A stretch of 63,768 bases of DNA, filler included, from an uncultured Methanosarcinales archaeon (GTDB lineage Archaea; Nanobdellota; Nanobdellia; Woesearchaeales; CAYMBN01), in the NCBI GenBank assembly GCA_964388715.1. It is 4 parts of 3 records of this genome, joined end to end, with 100 filler letters (N's around TTAATTAATTAA, not from the genome) between each part and the next. Parts side by side here need not be neighbours in the genome. Positions count along the whole stretch, not along the records: positions 13,062 to 44,501 come from CAYMBN010000002.1; 3 more parts are not named here. One strand, 5' to 3'. The notes under the pieces were generated by a model. It saw only the letters and a list, made by a program, of their open reading frames with translations. It did no database searches and was not told the DNA's origin. A program made the translations under genes and the position numbers. The stretch's first letter is position 1; each line of letters opens with the position of its first letter. Positions 27,056 through 37,969 of the stretch are shown here, piece after piece.

Positions 27056-28178
27056 TAGAAATCTTTTTAAGGACTTTTTCAAGTTTTAAAGTGATTTTAT
27101 CATAGTTAGCATTTTCTAAAACCCATTTTCTTCCAAAACTACCTAGTTTGTTTCTTAGAGATTTATTTTCTATTAGTTTTATTATCTTTTCTGCAAAGGC
27201 TTTTTTGTCATATGGTTTAATTAAGTATCCATTTTTATTATTTTGTAAGGTGTATTTGTGTGTGGTTACATTAAATACAACATATGGTTTTTTCATTGCC
27301 ATTGCTTCTGCATTTAATTGTCCTTCCCATTTAGAACATGTTACATATATATCACATAAATTGTATAACTCCATAAGTTCTTTGTCTTTTATTAGACCAG
27401 TGAAGATTACATTTTTACCTGATATATTTTTTAAATATTTAACATATTTTTTATCCCATAAAGGGCCTGCTACAATTAAATATGTTTCAGGGTGTTTTTC
27501 CCTGACTATGTTTAATATATTAATTAATGTGTGAACTCCTTTGTAATAAGTAAGTCTTCCTATTGTGAATAAAACATTTGAATTATCAGGAATATTGTAT
27601 CTTTTTTTAATACTTTTGTTTTCATTTAATTTAAGGGGTTTTTTAGTTGTTTTATTGGTATTTAGGTCAATATTTACTCCGTGAAGAGGTAAGATCTCTG
27701 CTTTTTTAATCTTATTCCATTTTTTGATAAATTTATTAGGAACCATGTTAATAGTAGGTCCTATTTTTGGAATAATTAATTCAGTTAAATGAAGAAATTT
27801 AAAGTATACTTTTTCTCTTAAGTTGTTAGCAACAAATGAAGGTGGTGCTCCCCAAAAATATGCTAAGTGTGGTGTTGAATAAATAAACTTGCCAATGGAT
27901 ACAAGTGCATTGATAGGGTACATGTGACTCATTACTACATCATATTTTTTTACACTTGTGATTGTTTTTATTGCTGTTTTTGGATTGTATGCATTGAAAA
28001 TTGATTTTGTTTTTGCTTTTGATAATACATTGATTTTTGCTTTACAATCTTTTCTATTACAAAAAAAGGTATTTATTTCAACATTGTGTTTTTTAGAAAG
28101 TCGATTAGCAATTTCTTTAATTACATTGTCAATTCCACTTCCATGGATAAATGTGTGGTGATATATTCCTATTTTCAT
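27045..28178 (-). CDS. GT4 glycosyltransferase
   Basis: IGRLTYYKG, YNLCDIYV..S.WEG..EAMAMKKP, NGYLI. Confidence 0.9.
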   Translation of the reverse strand: MKIGIYHHTFIHGSGIDNVIKEIANRLSKKHNVEINTFFCNRKDCKAKINVLSKAKTKSIFNAYNPKTAIKTITSVKKYDVVMSHMYPINALVSIGKFIYSTPHLAYFWGAPPSFVANNLREKVYFKFLHLTELIIPKIGPTINMVPNKFIKKWNKIKKAEILPLHGVNIDLNTNKTTKKPLKLNENKSIKKRYNIPDNSNVLFTIGRLTYYKGVHTLINILNIVREKHPETYLIVAGPLWDKKYVKYLKNISGKNVIFTGLIKDKELMELYNLCDIYVTCSKWEGQLNAEAMAMKKPYVVFNVTTHKYTLQNNKNGYLIKPYDKKAFAEKIIKLIENKSLRNKLGSFGRKWVLENANYDKITLKLEKVLKKISIKH

Positions 28179-28234
28179 TTTTAGTGGTTTTTTGGTAATT
28201 TTTAATAATTTTTTATTTTGATTTTTAAATATTT

Positions 28235-28993
28235 TTAATTTCTAAATCTTAATTCCAATGCTCTTTTGAGATATACATAAGCATATTTTAGAAGATTTTC
28301 TGATTTTGAAACTCCTTCTTCCCTGAATTTGTATGTGAATGGTACTTCTTTTACTTTGAATCCTTTTTTTATTGCTCTATAAAATAATTCCATATCAAAT
28401 TCTCCCCAGATTGTTTTGTATTTAAACTTGAGATGTTTAAGTTTTTCTTTTCTTATAGCATGGAACCCTCCTGTGAGATCTTTTGGTTTTAAGCCAAGAA
28501 TTATTCTTAATACAAAATTGAGAAGGATGGTTGCATATGTTCTTGCAAAGGGTGCTTCTATGCCAGCACTTTTTACAAATCTTGATCCAGAAACAATATC
28601 ATACTTATCCATATATTTTAGTAATTCTGGTATTTTCTTTGGAGGGTGTGAAAAGTCAGAGTCCATGATAATTACAATAGGTGATCTTGAAACTTTAATT
28701 CCGTCTAGTATTGCAGAGAAAATACCTCTTTTCCCATATCTATGAAGTGCTACAATATTTGATTTTGTATATTTATCAATTATTTCAGGTGTTTTGTCAG
28801 TAGAATTATCATCAACAATTATTATTTCATAATTATAACCTTTTACAGCTTTTGAGACTTGGTCAATAAACCGAGAAATGTTTTCTTCCTCATTATAGCT
28901 TGGTGAGATAATACTTATTTGTTTTAAGTTTTTAAACTTCTTTAACTTACTGAATTTAAGTGTTTTACTTTTACTTTTGTATATATAATGCAT
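28235..28993 (-). CDS. GT2 dolichol/polyprenol-phosphate mannosyltransferase-like
   Basis: PSYNEEENI, VDDNSTDKT, MDSDFSHPP, GSRF, DLTGGF, R..G.SK; true start may be downstream. Confidence 0.88.
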   Translation of the reverse strand: MHYIYKSKSKTLKFSKLKKFKNLKQISIISPSYNEEENISRFIDQVSKAVKGYNYEIIIVDDNSTDKTPEIIDKYTKSNIVALHRYGKRGIFSAILDGIKVSRSPIVIIMDSDFSHPPKKIPELLKYMDKYDIVSGSRFVKSAGIEAPFARTYATILLNFVLRIILGLKPKDLTGGFHAIRKEKLKHLKFKYKTIWGEFDMELFYRAIKKGFKVKEVPFTYKFREEGVSKSENLLKYAYVYLKRALELRFRN

Positions 28994-29057
28994 GTTAACT
29001 AAGAAATAAGGGGGCTATTTAAAAATTTATTGTTAATCAAACTGAATTATAATTTCC

Positions 29058-30152
29058 TTAATTTGAGCAAGATTTAATGGTTTCACATATAAATTTGATC
29101 TGTTCTTCACTTAAATTAGTAGAAGAAGGAAGATTAATTCCTTTTTTTGAAAGTTCTGTTGAGATAGGAAATTCTTTATTTATTTTGTATGGTGGCATTT
29201 CATGTAATGGATAAAAAAATCTTCTTGTGTCAATATCTTTTTCTTGAAGTTTTTTCATTAATTCATCTCTGTTAATGCCAAAATTATCTTCAATTAGGAT
29301 AGAATACATCCAATATACTCCTTTGTATTGGTTATTTGAAAGGGGGGCTAGTGTTATACCTTTTACATCCTTTAGAAATTTGTTGTAGGTTTCATACACT
29401 TTGATTTTTGCTTGGATCATTTTTTCAATTCTTTCAAGTTGTGCAAGACCTATTGCTGCTTGTATATTAGTCATTCTATAATTATATCCAATTACTTCAT
29501 GCCAATATCTATTATCAGGTTGCATACCATGATCTTTGAGCATTTGCATTTTTTGAGCAAGTTCTTTATTATTAGTTGTACATATTCCTCCTTCACCTGT
29601 TGTCATTATTTTATTACCATAAAAAGAAAAGCATGCAATATCACCAAAACTTCCAACTTTTTTGTTATTGAACATTGCTCCGTGTGCTTCTGCGCAATCT
29701 TCAATTACAAAAAGATTATGTTTTTTTGCAATTGACATTATCTTTTCCATATCACAAGGAAAACCATAGAGATGGACAGGCATGATCGCTTTTGTTTTGA
29801 CTGAAATTTTCCCTTCAATTTTATTGATATCAATGTTCCATGTTTCTTTATCAACATCAACAAGTATTGGTGTGGCACCTGTATGTAGTACTGCGTTTGC
29901 ACTTGCTGCAAATGTAAGGTCTGGTATTATAACTTCGTCTCCTTTTGTTATACCTAATGCAACTAAAGCAAGGTGTAATGCTACTGTTCCATTGCTAACA
30001 GAAACTCCATAAGTAGAATCACAGAATTTTGCAAATTTGTCTTCAAATTCTTTAACAAATTTACCTCTTGAAGAAATCCAACCTGATTTAATACATTCAG
30101 AAACATACTTGAGTTCATTACCAGTTAAGTCTGGTTCAGCAACAGGAATCAT
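29058..30152 (-). CDS. DegT/DnrJ-family aminotransferase, GDP-perosamine synthase-like
   Basis: MIPVAEP, SGWISSRG, NGTVALHLAL, EDCAEAHG, SFYGNKIMTTGEGG, GYNYRMTNIQAAIG; directly after gmd. Confidence 0.88.
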   Translation of the reverse strand: MIPVAEPDLTGNELKYVSECIKSGWISSRGKFVKEFEDKFAKFCDSTYGVSVSNGTVALHLALVALGITKGDEVIIPDLTFAASANAVLHTGATPILVDVDKETWNIDINKIEGKISVKTKAIMPVHLYGFPCDMEKIMSIAKKHNLFVIEDCAEAHGAMFNNKKVGSFGDIACFSFYGNKIMTTGEGGICTTNNKELAQKMQMLKDHGMQPDNRYWHEVIGYNYRMTNIQAAIGLAQLERIEKMIQAKIKVYETYNKFLKDVKGITLAPLSNNQYKGVYWMYSILIEDNFGINRDELMKKLQEKDIDTRRFFYPLHEMPPYKINKEFPISTELSKKGINLPSSTNLSEEQIKFICETIKSCSN

Positions 30153-30171
30153 ATTGAAAACCTCCAACCTC

Positions 30172-31221
30172 CTAGAACCTATCATCATGTTCTTTAATCA
30201 TCTTCATATCTGATTCAATCATGATCTTTGCAAGTTCCTGGAATTTTACTTTTGGTTTCCATCTTAATTGTTTCATTGCTTTTGAAGGATCACCTAATAA
30301 TAAATCAACTTCAGCAGGTCTAAAATATCTTTTGTCTATTGCAATAATTGTTTTTCCTGTTTTTTTATTAATACCAACTTCATCTAGACCTTTTCCTTTC
30401 CATTCTAGATCAAAACCTAGTTCTTTACAACATGCTTCAGCAAATTCACGTACAGAATGTGTTTCCCCTGTGGCAATAACATAATCATCTGGTTTTTCTT
30501 GTTGCATCATTAACCACATAGCTTCTACATAATCTAAAGCATAACCCCAATCACGTTTTGATTCTAGGTTACCTAAAAATAATGTTTCTTTTAATCCAAG
30601 TTTAATTTCACATAACGTATGTGTGATCTTTCTGGTGACAAAATTTCTTCCCCTTCTTGGTGATTCATGATTGAACAGAATACCGTTGCAAGTGAACATG
30701 TTATATGCTTCCCTGTAATTTTTCATTATCCAGAATGCATAAACTTTTGCACAACCGTAAGGACTTCTTGGGTAAAAAGGTGTATTTTCATTTTGAGTTG
30801 GTTCATTCACTTTACCAAACATTTCACTTGAAGATGCTTGGTACACTTTTATTTTTGGATTTATTGCTCTGATTGCTTCTAATAGTCTTACAGCACCTAA
30901 ACCAGTAACATCTGAAGTGTATTCAGGAATATCAAAAGAAATCTTAACATGTGATTGTGCACCTAGATTGTATATCTCTGTTGGGTTTATTTTTTTAATA
31001 ACTCTAAATAATGAACTTGAATCTGCAAGATCTGCATAATGTAAAAATATTTGTGTTTTTTTACCTTCTATAACAGTATGTAGATGATCTATTCTTCCTG
31101 TGTTAAAAGAAGAGCTTCTCCTCATAAGGCCATGTACTTCATAACCTTTTTCTAAAAGTAATTCTGCTAAGTATGATCCATCTTGACCAGTAATTCCAGT
31201 AATTAAAGCGACTTTTCTCAT
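30172..31221 (-). CDS. gmd: GDP-mannose 4,6-dehydratase
   Basis: [62 protein letters not shown]. Confidence 0.97.
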   Translation of the reverse strand: MRKVALITGITGQDGSYLAELLLEKGYEVHGLMRRSSSFNTGRIDHLHTVIEGKKTQIFLHYADLADSSSLFRVIKKINPTEIYNLGAQSHVKISFDIPEYTSDVTGLGAVRLLEAIRAINPKIKVYQASSSEMFGKVNEPTQNENTPFYPRSPYGCAKVYAFWIMKNYREAYNMFTCNGILFNHESPRRGRNFVTRKITHTLCEIKLGLKETLFLGNLESKRDWGYALDYVEAMWLMMQQEKPDDYVIATGETHSVREFAEACCKELGFDLEWKGKGLDEVGINKKTGKTIIAIDKRYFRPAEVDLLLGDPSKAMKQLRWKPKVKFQELAKIMIESDMKMIKEHDDRF

Positions 31222-31225
31222 AATC

Positions 31226-32359
31226 TCACCTAGTATGTTTATTCACTAATCTTCTATAGGCATTTAAATATCTTTCTATATTTTCCTTAATAAGGAATTT
31301 CTTTAATTTGGTTTTTATTGTTTTCTTATTATGTACCATTTCAACACCTTTAGCAATAGCTTCAGGATTTTTTGGTTTAATTAGAACATATTTTCCACTA
31401 ATAACTTCTGGAAGGCTTGTTGTATTGGAAGCAACAATTGATTTATTCATTGCACAGCTTTCAGCAGCTGTAAAACCAAATCCCTCTGTTAAACTAGGAA
31501 CAACAACACAATCAGTAGCTTTGATATAATTTGGAAGTTTTTTATAAGGAACAGAATCGTGCATGATTACTTTATTTTGAATATTAAGTTTCTTAATTAG
31601 TTTTAGAATATAATTGTATCTTTTTAAGTATGCTGGATCTTTGCTTACAATAGCAAGTAACATTGAATTAGGGATTACTTTTGAAATGATTGGTACTGCA
31701 CGAATTAAATATTCTAATCCTTTACTTACACCAGGTCTTCCATAAAATAAATAAACAAATTTCTTGTTTATTCCTAATCTCTTTCTTATTTTCTGCCCAC
31801 TATATTTCTTAGGATTCCAAAAATTGTAATCTACTGCATTGTAAATTACAATTGATTTATCCTTAGGAATATTATAAGCAAGTACTCCTTTTTGTGTTGA
31901 TTTTGATACACTAATATATTTATTAAAATTGAGTTTAATAATTAACCATTCTAAAAATTGATGTAATCTAGCACTTAGGAAGTTCATTTCAAAGTTTTTC
32001 CAATTTTTTCCTAATATTTCGTGAACAGTGATTATTGCCGGTTTTTTTCTTATTAAAGAAGCTAATTTAGTTGGTAAAGAACCATTATATGTTGTTGTGT
32101 GTATAATATCTGCTTTTTTAGCTAATTTTAGTACTTTTGGTATTGATAAGAAAGTAAACCAATATCTGCTGTGAAGACAGTTAATTCTATATATTTTTAC
32201 ACCATTAATTATTTCAAATTCTTTTGTGTTTTTCAATCTATGTGTAATAATAGAACATTCATGTCCTTTTTTAATAAGACCTTCAGATAATGTTTTGAAA
32301 ACTATTTCAACGCCACCAATATGTGGATAATAGTTTTCAAGAACAAATAAAATCTTCAT
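31226..32359 (-). CDS. GT4 glycosyltransferase
   Basis: [38 protein letters not shown]. Confidence 0.92.
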   Translation of the reverse strand: MKILFVLENYYPHIGGVEIVFKTLSEGLIKKGHECSIITHRLKNTKEFEIINGVKIYRINCLHSRYWFTFLSIPKVLKLAKKADIIHTTTYNGSLPTKLASLIRKKPAIITVHEILGKNWKNFEMNFLSARLHQFLEWLIIKLNFNKYISVSKSTQKGVLAYNIPKDKSIVIYNAVDYNFWNPKKYSGQKIRKRLGINKKFVYLFYGRPGVSKGLEYLIRAVPIISKVIPNSMLLAIVSKDPAYLKRYNYILKLIKKLNIQNKVIMHDSVPYKKLPNYIKATDCVVVPSLTEGFGFTAAESCAMNKSIVASNTTSLPEVISGKYVLIKPKNPEAIAKGVEMVHNKKTIKTKLKKFLIKENIERYLNAYRRLVNKHTR

Positions 32360-32718
32360 TTTTTGTTGTTAATTTTTTTAAAAGCAAGCTTTCTGACAAC
32401 ACTTTCAATTTTTCTTTGATTAATCTTTGTAATTGAATAATTATAAAAGGTTAATCCTATTAAAAATAAAAATCCAACTACAATATAAAAATCCATTCTA
32501 CGTGAAAAACTAAGTGTTTTCAATGCAATGAAATCTAATGTTGTAGGAAATACTGCTAATAAAAGGAAGACTAACCATAGTATTAACCAAAAAGTAAATT
32601 CAGCCATTCTAAATTCTTTTCTTTTAAGTTTTAAAAACGTGTAATATAACATAAACAATCCAAATAATACACCTAAAACCTGTACACCTAAAATTTCCAT
32701 ACTTGCCATGATAATCAC
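32356..32718 (-). CDS. DUF2304-like small membrane protein
   Basis: Three TMs, FWLILW..FP, RRMD, C-terminal KIESVVRKLA; follows a GT2 gene. Confidence 0.75.
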   Translation of the reverse strand: MIIMASMEILGVQVLGVLFGLFMLYYTFLKLKRKEFRMAEFTFWLILWLVFLLLAVFPTTLDFIALKTLSFSRRMDFYIVVGFLFLIGLTFYNYSITKINQRKIESVVRKLAFKKINNKK

Positions 32719-32739
32719 CTTTGTTAATTGTTTTGTTTA

Positions 32740-33399
32740 TTATTTTGTTAATTTCCACCAAAACATGTCAAGAACAATCTTTATTCCATCCATTATGGTT
32801 GTTCCTTTGTACTTTTCTGAGTAAATTGTTTCGATTGGAATTTGTTGATATTTTAATTTGTTTTTTCCTATTTGAGCAATCATTTCTGATTCCATGCTAT
32901 AATCTAATGCATCCCATCTTATTTTTTTGTATGTTTTTACGTTGAATGCTCTATAACCACATTGTGTATCTTTTATGTTTATTCTGTATAAAAACCTTGT
33001 GATAAAACTGATAAACCAATTGCCAAGTTTGAGTACAAGAGGCATTTTTTTGTTTAATTTTCTGTATCCAAGGACAATATTACAATCTTTTAATGCTTCT
33101 AAAAATTTAGGAATTTCTTTTGGATCATGTTGTCCATCTGCATCTAGGGATATTATAATTTCTGCACCTTTTTTAATAGCAAAGTCACAACCTGTTTTTA
33201 ATGCAGCACCTTTTCCTAGATTAACAATATGGCCTAAAACAATAACACCTGTTTTTTTTGCTGTTAAGTATGTGTTATCACTTGAACCATCATCAACAAT
33301 AATAATGTTTTTACAATATTTTTTTGTTTTTTTAATTACTTTTTCAATGTTTTTGCTTTCATTGTATGCAGGTATAATAATATAGGTGTTTTTTTGCAT
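32740..33399 (-). CDS. GT2 glycosyltransferase
   Basis: IIPAYNE, VDDGSSD, NLGKGAAL, DADGQH, DTQCGYRA. Confidence 0.92.
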   Translation of the reverse strand: MQKNTYIIIPAYNESKNIEKVIKKTKKYCKNIIIVDDGSSDNTYLTAKKTGVIVLGHIVNLGKGAALKTGCDFAIKKGAEIIISLDADGQHDPKEIPKFLEALKDCNIVLGYRKLNKKMPLVLKLGNWFISFITRFLYRINIKDTQCGYRAFNVKTYKKIRWDALDYSMESEMIAQIGKNKLKYQQIPIETIYSEKYKGTTIMDGIKIVLDMFWWKLTK

Positions 33400-33435
33400 T
33401 TTTTATTATTAAGTTTTGATTATTGATTTTTATTC

Positions 33436-36400
33436 TTATGATTCTCTTTTATCAAATAGTTTTATGATGTGATAACCAAATTGTGTTTTTACTGGTTCAG
33501 AAACTTCATTTATTTTAAGATCAAATGCTACATCTTCAAATGGTTTTACCATCTGTCCTTTTCTAAACCAACCAAGATCACCACCATTAGGAGCTGAAGG
33601 TCCTTCTGAGTATTCTTTGGCAATTTCTGCAAAATTAGTTTTATTTATTTTTTCAGAGATATTATTAATTAATTCTAATGCTTCCTCATCTGAATGTGTG
33701 TCTGTTGTTATTAAGATATGGCTTGCTTTTATTTCTTCAACTGGTTTTTTTGTGAATAAATCACGTGATTCACCAGGTTCCCAGTTAACCTTGTAAGTGT
33801 ATATCATTCCTCCTGTAACTTGTGCTTTTGAGGTTAATGGTCTGAAATGTTTTAATCCATGACCTTGGTAAAAGAATAATTTTGTAAACATACTATTTGC
33901 AAGCTCAGGTGCACTTAGTATGACATAATATCTTTCTCCATCAGGTACAAAAATTATTGAAAAACCTAATTTACTATTTTCAAACTTGGTTTCTTTTACT
34001 TGATCTTTTTCAACATAAACTAATGAAGTAGGGTATAATCTTTCATTGTTTTGTCCAATGATTTCAATGTCATGATTTGTTAGGTCAATCTTCATTGGAA
34101 TGTTTCCACCACCTAAACATTGGGCAGTGTTTGCTTGGACTTGGCAGTAATTTCTTCCGGAAAGATAACCTGGCCAACCTGATACCCATTGATCTGCTTT
34201 TTTATCTTGGATGTCATAATAAAATTTGTCAGCTTGTAGTTGATCTAAACCAAAATCATTGACAAGGGTTTCAACGCCTTCTTCATAATCAAGTTTTCTA
34301 ACTGTTTGCCATATTTTAGCTCTTTTGAAATCCCAGCTTCCAAAATGTCCCCATACACCTGCTTTACCAATCATATCTTCAGATGCAATATAATATTGAT
34401 CAATTAAATCTTCACAGTGTGTTACTTTTAACACATCTTCAATGTCTTGATTGTTAAGACCTTGTTCTTGTAATGTTTCTCTTGCTTGTTCTTTATCTTG
34501 AAGTATGATTTTATTTAGGATATCAATTGCCTTAACTGTATCACCATTTAATTTTTCTTCTAAGACATGTGGTGGTTTTTCTTGGCCGCAATTTAACATT
34601 CTTAAAATTCCAACAGCTTGTTCTTCATTATCTGTTAATAAGCTTTTACCAACCCAATGTATTCTTTCACCTTGATCAGCTCCATCAAATGTAACTCTTC
34701 TTTCTGATATTGCAACAAACCAGTGTCCAAAATCCCACCATGATGTTGTGATACCATCTGTAGAATTGTCTTTTATTGCTGTTAAGCTTTCATACCATGC
34801 ATCGTTCATGCTAGGTACTTCACTTTTAGCAACATTATGTGCTGCTTTTAATGGATTTAAAAGTAATAGTGCTAACAAAATTATAATTACAGTTTTTGTT
34901 ATTCTTGAATCAATTTTTAATTCTTTTGAGATCCATTTGCTTGCATATTGGTAAATAATACCTAGACCAACCCCAAAAGCCACTGCAAATGCAGGTACCA
35001 TTAATATGGCAAATCTCATACCTTTTGTAAATCCATAAGCTGTTCCAATAAACCAAATTGTTAAGAAAATTGCGTATTTTACATCTCTTTTTCCATGTAC
35101 ATCTTTTCTCATTATTGTTAAGATTACCCCAATCACAGCAAGTAAAAATAGAAACTTTCCTCCCATTTGCGACATGATTGCTGATAGTGGGACAGCGTTA
35201 AATTCAGCTACTGTTGTTAATACATTTGGCCATAAAGTTGTTACTGCTACTTCTTTAAGAATTATAACGCTAAGTGGACCTTTAAATGCTAAAAAAAACA
35301 TTTTATATCCACTAAATAAAAGTACAAATATTGATGAAGATATAAAAAAAGTAGCTGCAACATATATTGAATTTTTTACAGTTGATTGAATTAAGCTTTT
35401 GTGTATTATTATTTGATATAATATAAATATTACAATAGTAGCTAACACAAAATCAAAAACATACCACCATCCTCCCCATGCTTTACTGAAAAGTCCTACA
35501 GCAAGTCCTGATAAACTTGCATATATCATTTGCTTTTTAAGATTTTTTGATTCAAATGCTTCTAAGAATAACCATCCAATTAATAGTGGAAATAAAATAT
35601 TGTAAGCGTCTGTGTCAGAGAATCCTGCAGGTGTTCTTGATAATAGTGCAGAGTTGATTGCAATAATCATTGCTGCGAAGAAACCTCCTACATTGCCTCC
35701 AACTCTTTTACCAATAAGAAATGCAGGGATTATTGATAGTCCTATAATTATTACTGGTATAAGAAAAAATACGGCCATCAATGATGCATCTTTATTAAAC
35801 ATGCTTACAAATTTATATAAATATGCTCCAAATAAAGAATGAAGTTTTATAGAAGGCATTTGTCTTCCTTCTCTACCATTTCTTAAAAAATTAATATCTT
35901 TATCATCAACAACTTCAGTTCCAAAGTGTCCTTTTGTAAGATAATTTCTTGTTTCTCCATACCATAAGTAAGGGTCAATAGCAAGTAGGTAAGTATTTCC
36001 ATCATTATCTTGTAACCTTGATTTAAATTGATCAGAAGTATATTCTATTTGTTGTTTCATTTGATCTTTTTGTTGTTTTAATACTTCTTGAAATTGACTT
36101 TCAATTAAACTAGCTTTGTTTGCATCAGGTAAGTTTGGATATTGTTGATTTATTTGTGTACTTACTTGAGATCTTAAAAAACTATTTACACTACTTTCAG
36201 CCCAATTGTCTGTTACAGGTAAATAGACAGGGTATACTCTGAAAAAAGTTGAAAAGAAAATGGCTATAATTATACAGAGAACAGGTAATGCCCATTTTTT
36301 ACTTTTTAAGAATTCTGATGTTGTTTTAGTAATGTTTTTGAAATCAATTGAGATATCTTCTTCATCTTTGAATATTTCTTTTGTTCTTGATTTTTCTTTA

Positions 36401-36828
36401 GTTTTAAATCCTTTAAACCATTTTTTTACTTTAGAAAAATCAATTGAAATTTCCTCTTCATTTTGTGATTGGTCTTCTTGGAAGATTTTCAGTCTTTCCT
36501 TATCTTTTTGTTCTTGTTCTTTAACTTTTTCTTTAGTAGTATCAAGTTGTTCTTCTTGTTTTTCAATATTTTTTATTATCTTTTTTTCTTCTTTTATTTT
36601 TTCTTTTAATTCCTTTTTAACTTGTTCTATATCTTGCATGATTTTTTTATCCTTTTCTTGTTCTTTTTTAGTAAAAGTGTTAAATTTAGGTTTAGTTGAT
36701 TGTTTTTCTTCAACATTTTGGTTTTTTTGTTTAATTTTTGGTTGTTTTTTCTTTGTAAACCACGATTTAATTTTATTAAAATCTATTGTAATTTCCTCTT
36801 CATCTTTATGATTATTATCCTCTAACAC
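33436..36828 (-). CDS. aglB: Oligosaccharyltransferase AglB (STT3 family) with N-terminal charged extension and C-terminal parvulin PPIase domain
   Basis: STT3 motifs AIDPY, GFSDTD, TVAE, WWDFGH, DMIGK; C-terminal ASHILI..FAEIAKEYSEGPSAPNGGDLGWF..GQMVKPFE..AF..VSEPVKTQFGYHII. Confidence 0.93.
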   Translation of the reverse strand: MLEDNNHKDEEEITIDFNKIKSWFTKKKQPKIKQKNQNVEEKQSTKPKFNTFTKKEQEKDKKIMQDIEQVKKELKEKIKEEKKIIKNIEKQEEQLDTTKEKVKEQEQKDKERLKIFQEDQSQNEEEISIDFSKVKKWFKGFKTKEKSRTKEIFKDEEDISIDFKNITKTTSEFLKSKKWALPVLCIIIAIFFSTFFRVYPVYLPVTDNWAESSVNSFLRSQVSTQINQQYPNLPDANKASLIESQFQEVLKQQKDQMKQQIEYTSDQFKSRLQDNDGNTYLLAIDPYLWYGETRNYLTKGHFGTEVVDDKDINFLRNGREGRQMPSIKLHSLFGAYLYKFVSMFNKDASLMAVFFLIPVIIIGLSIIPAFLIGKRVGGNVGGFFAAMIIAINSALLSRTPAGFSDTDAYNILFPLLIGWLFLEAFESKNLKKQMIYASLSGLAVGLFSKAWGGWWYVFDFVLATIVIFILYQIIIHKSLIQSTVKNSIYVAATFFISSSIFVLLFSGYKMFFLAFKGPLSVIILKEVAVTTLWPNVLTTVAEFNAVPLSAIMSQMGGKFLFLLAVIGVILTIMRKDVHGKRDVKYAIFLTIWFIGTAYGFTKGMRFAILMVPAFAVAFGVGLGIIYQYASKWISKELKIDSRITKTVIIILLALLLLNPLKAAHNVAKSEVPSMNDAWYESLTAIKDNSTDGITTSWWDFGHWFVAISERRVTFDGADQGERIHWVGKSLLTDNEEQAVGILRMLNCGQEKPPHVLEEKLNGDTVKAIDILNKIILQDKEQARETLQEQGLNNQDIEDVLKVTHCEDLIDQYYIASEDMIGKAGVWGHFGSWDFKRAKIWQTVRKLDYEEGVETLVNDFGLDQLQADKFYYDIQDKKADQWVSGWPGYLSGRNYCQVQANTAQCLGGGNIPMKIDLTNHDIEIIGQNNERLYPTSLVYVEKDQVKETKFENSKLGFSIIFVPDGERYYVILSAPELANSMFTKLFFYQGHGLKHFRPLTSKAQVTGGMIYTYKVNWEPGESRDLFTKKPVEEIKASHILITTDTHSDEEALELINNISEKINKTNFAEIAKEYSEGPSAPNGGDLGWFRKGQMVKPFEDVAFDLKINEVSEPVKTQFGYHIIKLFDKRES

Positions 36829-36886
36829 ATTAATCTACCCCCTAATTATAATATGTTTTAAGAAAACCTGTTTGATTTATAAATTT

Positions 36887-37969
36887 TTATATAAAATACC
36901 TTAAAAATCCTAAAAATTTAGGTTCCTTTAGAATCATCTTTAAAGCAATATTTGATGCATGTTCTCTGTCTTTGGTTGATAATATTGATTTAATCTTATC
37001 TTGTGATGTTAATTTTATTAATTTATCATAATCTTTATTACTAAATTTGTTAAGTATCTTTCTCATTAAAAGGTGTACATGTAGATCTTTACCTATTTTC
37101 TTTTTCCACAGTTTTTGATAATCTTTTCCTGTTTTGATTGATTTGATTAATTGTTGGGCAGCTATCATTCCTGGAATTATTCCCCCTCCTGTTGTTGCTT
37201 TTACCATTGTCGCTGCATCACCAAGCAAATGTACTTTTACATTACCTGCTTTAGTTTGTGTTTTTATTTTTGGATTATATATTGGAATTAGTCCTGCCTG
37301 ATAATCTAGAACTTTACATTTGTATGCTCTTTTTTTAAGGAATGAGTAAAAAAGTTTTCTTGTATTTTTGTAGTTAGCTAATCCTATCCTTACTATTTTG
37401 TTGTTTTCAGGAACCATCCACGCATAGCCTTTATTGATAGGATAATATTCCAAAATATCAGAACTATTTTTTAGCTTAACTCTTGCTTGTATACCCAACA
37501 TGAATCTTCTTTTTGTAAACAAATTACATGATTTAGCAACTTGACTTAGTGGCCCATCTGTCCCAACTAAGTGACTAACTTTAATAGATTTTTTGTTAAG
37601 GAATCTGATATATGATCTATCTGTTGAAAGATATTTGTGATTTAAGCAAAATTTAGCCCCATTTTCACGTGCTTTTTTAGCAAGATAGTTATCAAACCTT
37701 GTTCTGTCTAGAACAAGATTATAAGGCTTTAATTTGATTTTAACAGAATTCTTGTTTGGAGAGATGATTTTTGCTATTTTTATTTTATTGACGACAAATT
37801 CGTCCCTGATAGGTAAGATTTTTGATAAAAAATTGGTTGTTAAACCAGTGCATTGAACAGGTGTACCAATCTGTTTATGTTCTTCATAAACATTCACATT
37901 GTATCCATTTTTAGAAATAAGATATGCTAAATAATTTCCAACAGGACCAGCTCCTATTATGGCTATCAT
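36887..37969 (-). CDS. Geranylgeranyl reductase-family flavoprotein
   Basis: IIGAGPVG, IGTPVQCTG, DRTRFD, GTDGPLS, YAWMVP, GDAATMVKATTGGGI. Confidence 0.85.
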   Translation of the reverse strand: MIAIIGAGPVGNYLAYLISKNGYNVNVYEEHKQIGTPVQCTGLTTNFLSKILPIRDEFVVNKIKIAKIISPNKNSVKIKLKPYNLVLDRTRFDNYLAKKARENGAKFCLNHKYLSTDRSYIRFLNKKSIKVSHLVGTDGPLSQVAKSCNLFTKRRFMLGIQARVKLKNSSDILEYYPINKGYAWMVPENNKIVRIGLANYKNTRKLFYSFLKKRAYKCKVLDYQAGLIPIYNPKIKTQTKAGNVKVHLLGDAATMVKATTGGGIIPGMIAAQQLIKSIKTGKDYQKLWKKKIGKDLHVHLLMRKILNKFSNKDYDKLIKLTSQDKIKSILSTKDREHASNIALKMILKEPKFLGFLRYFI

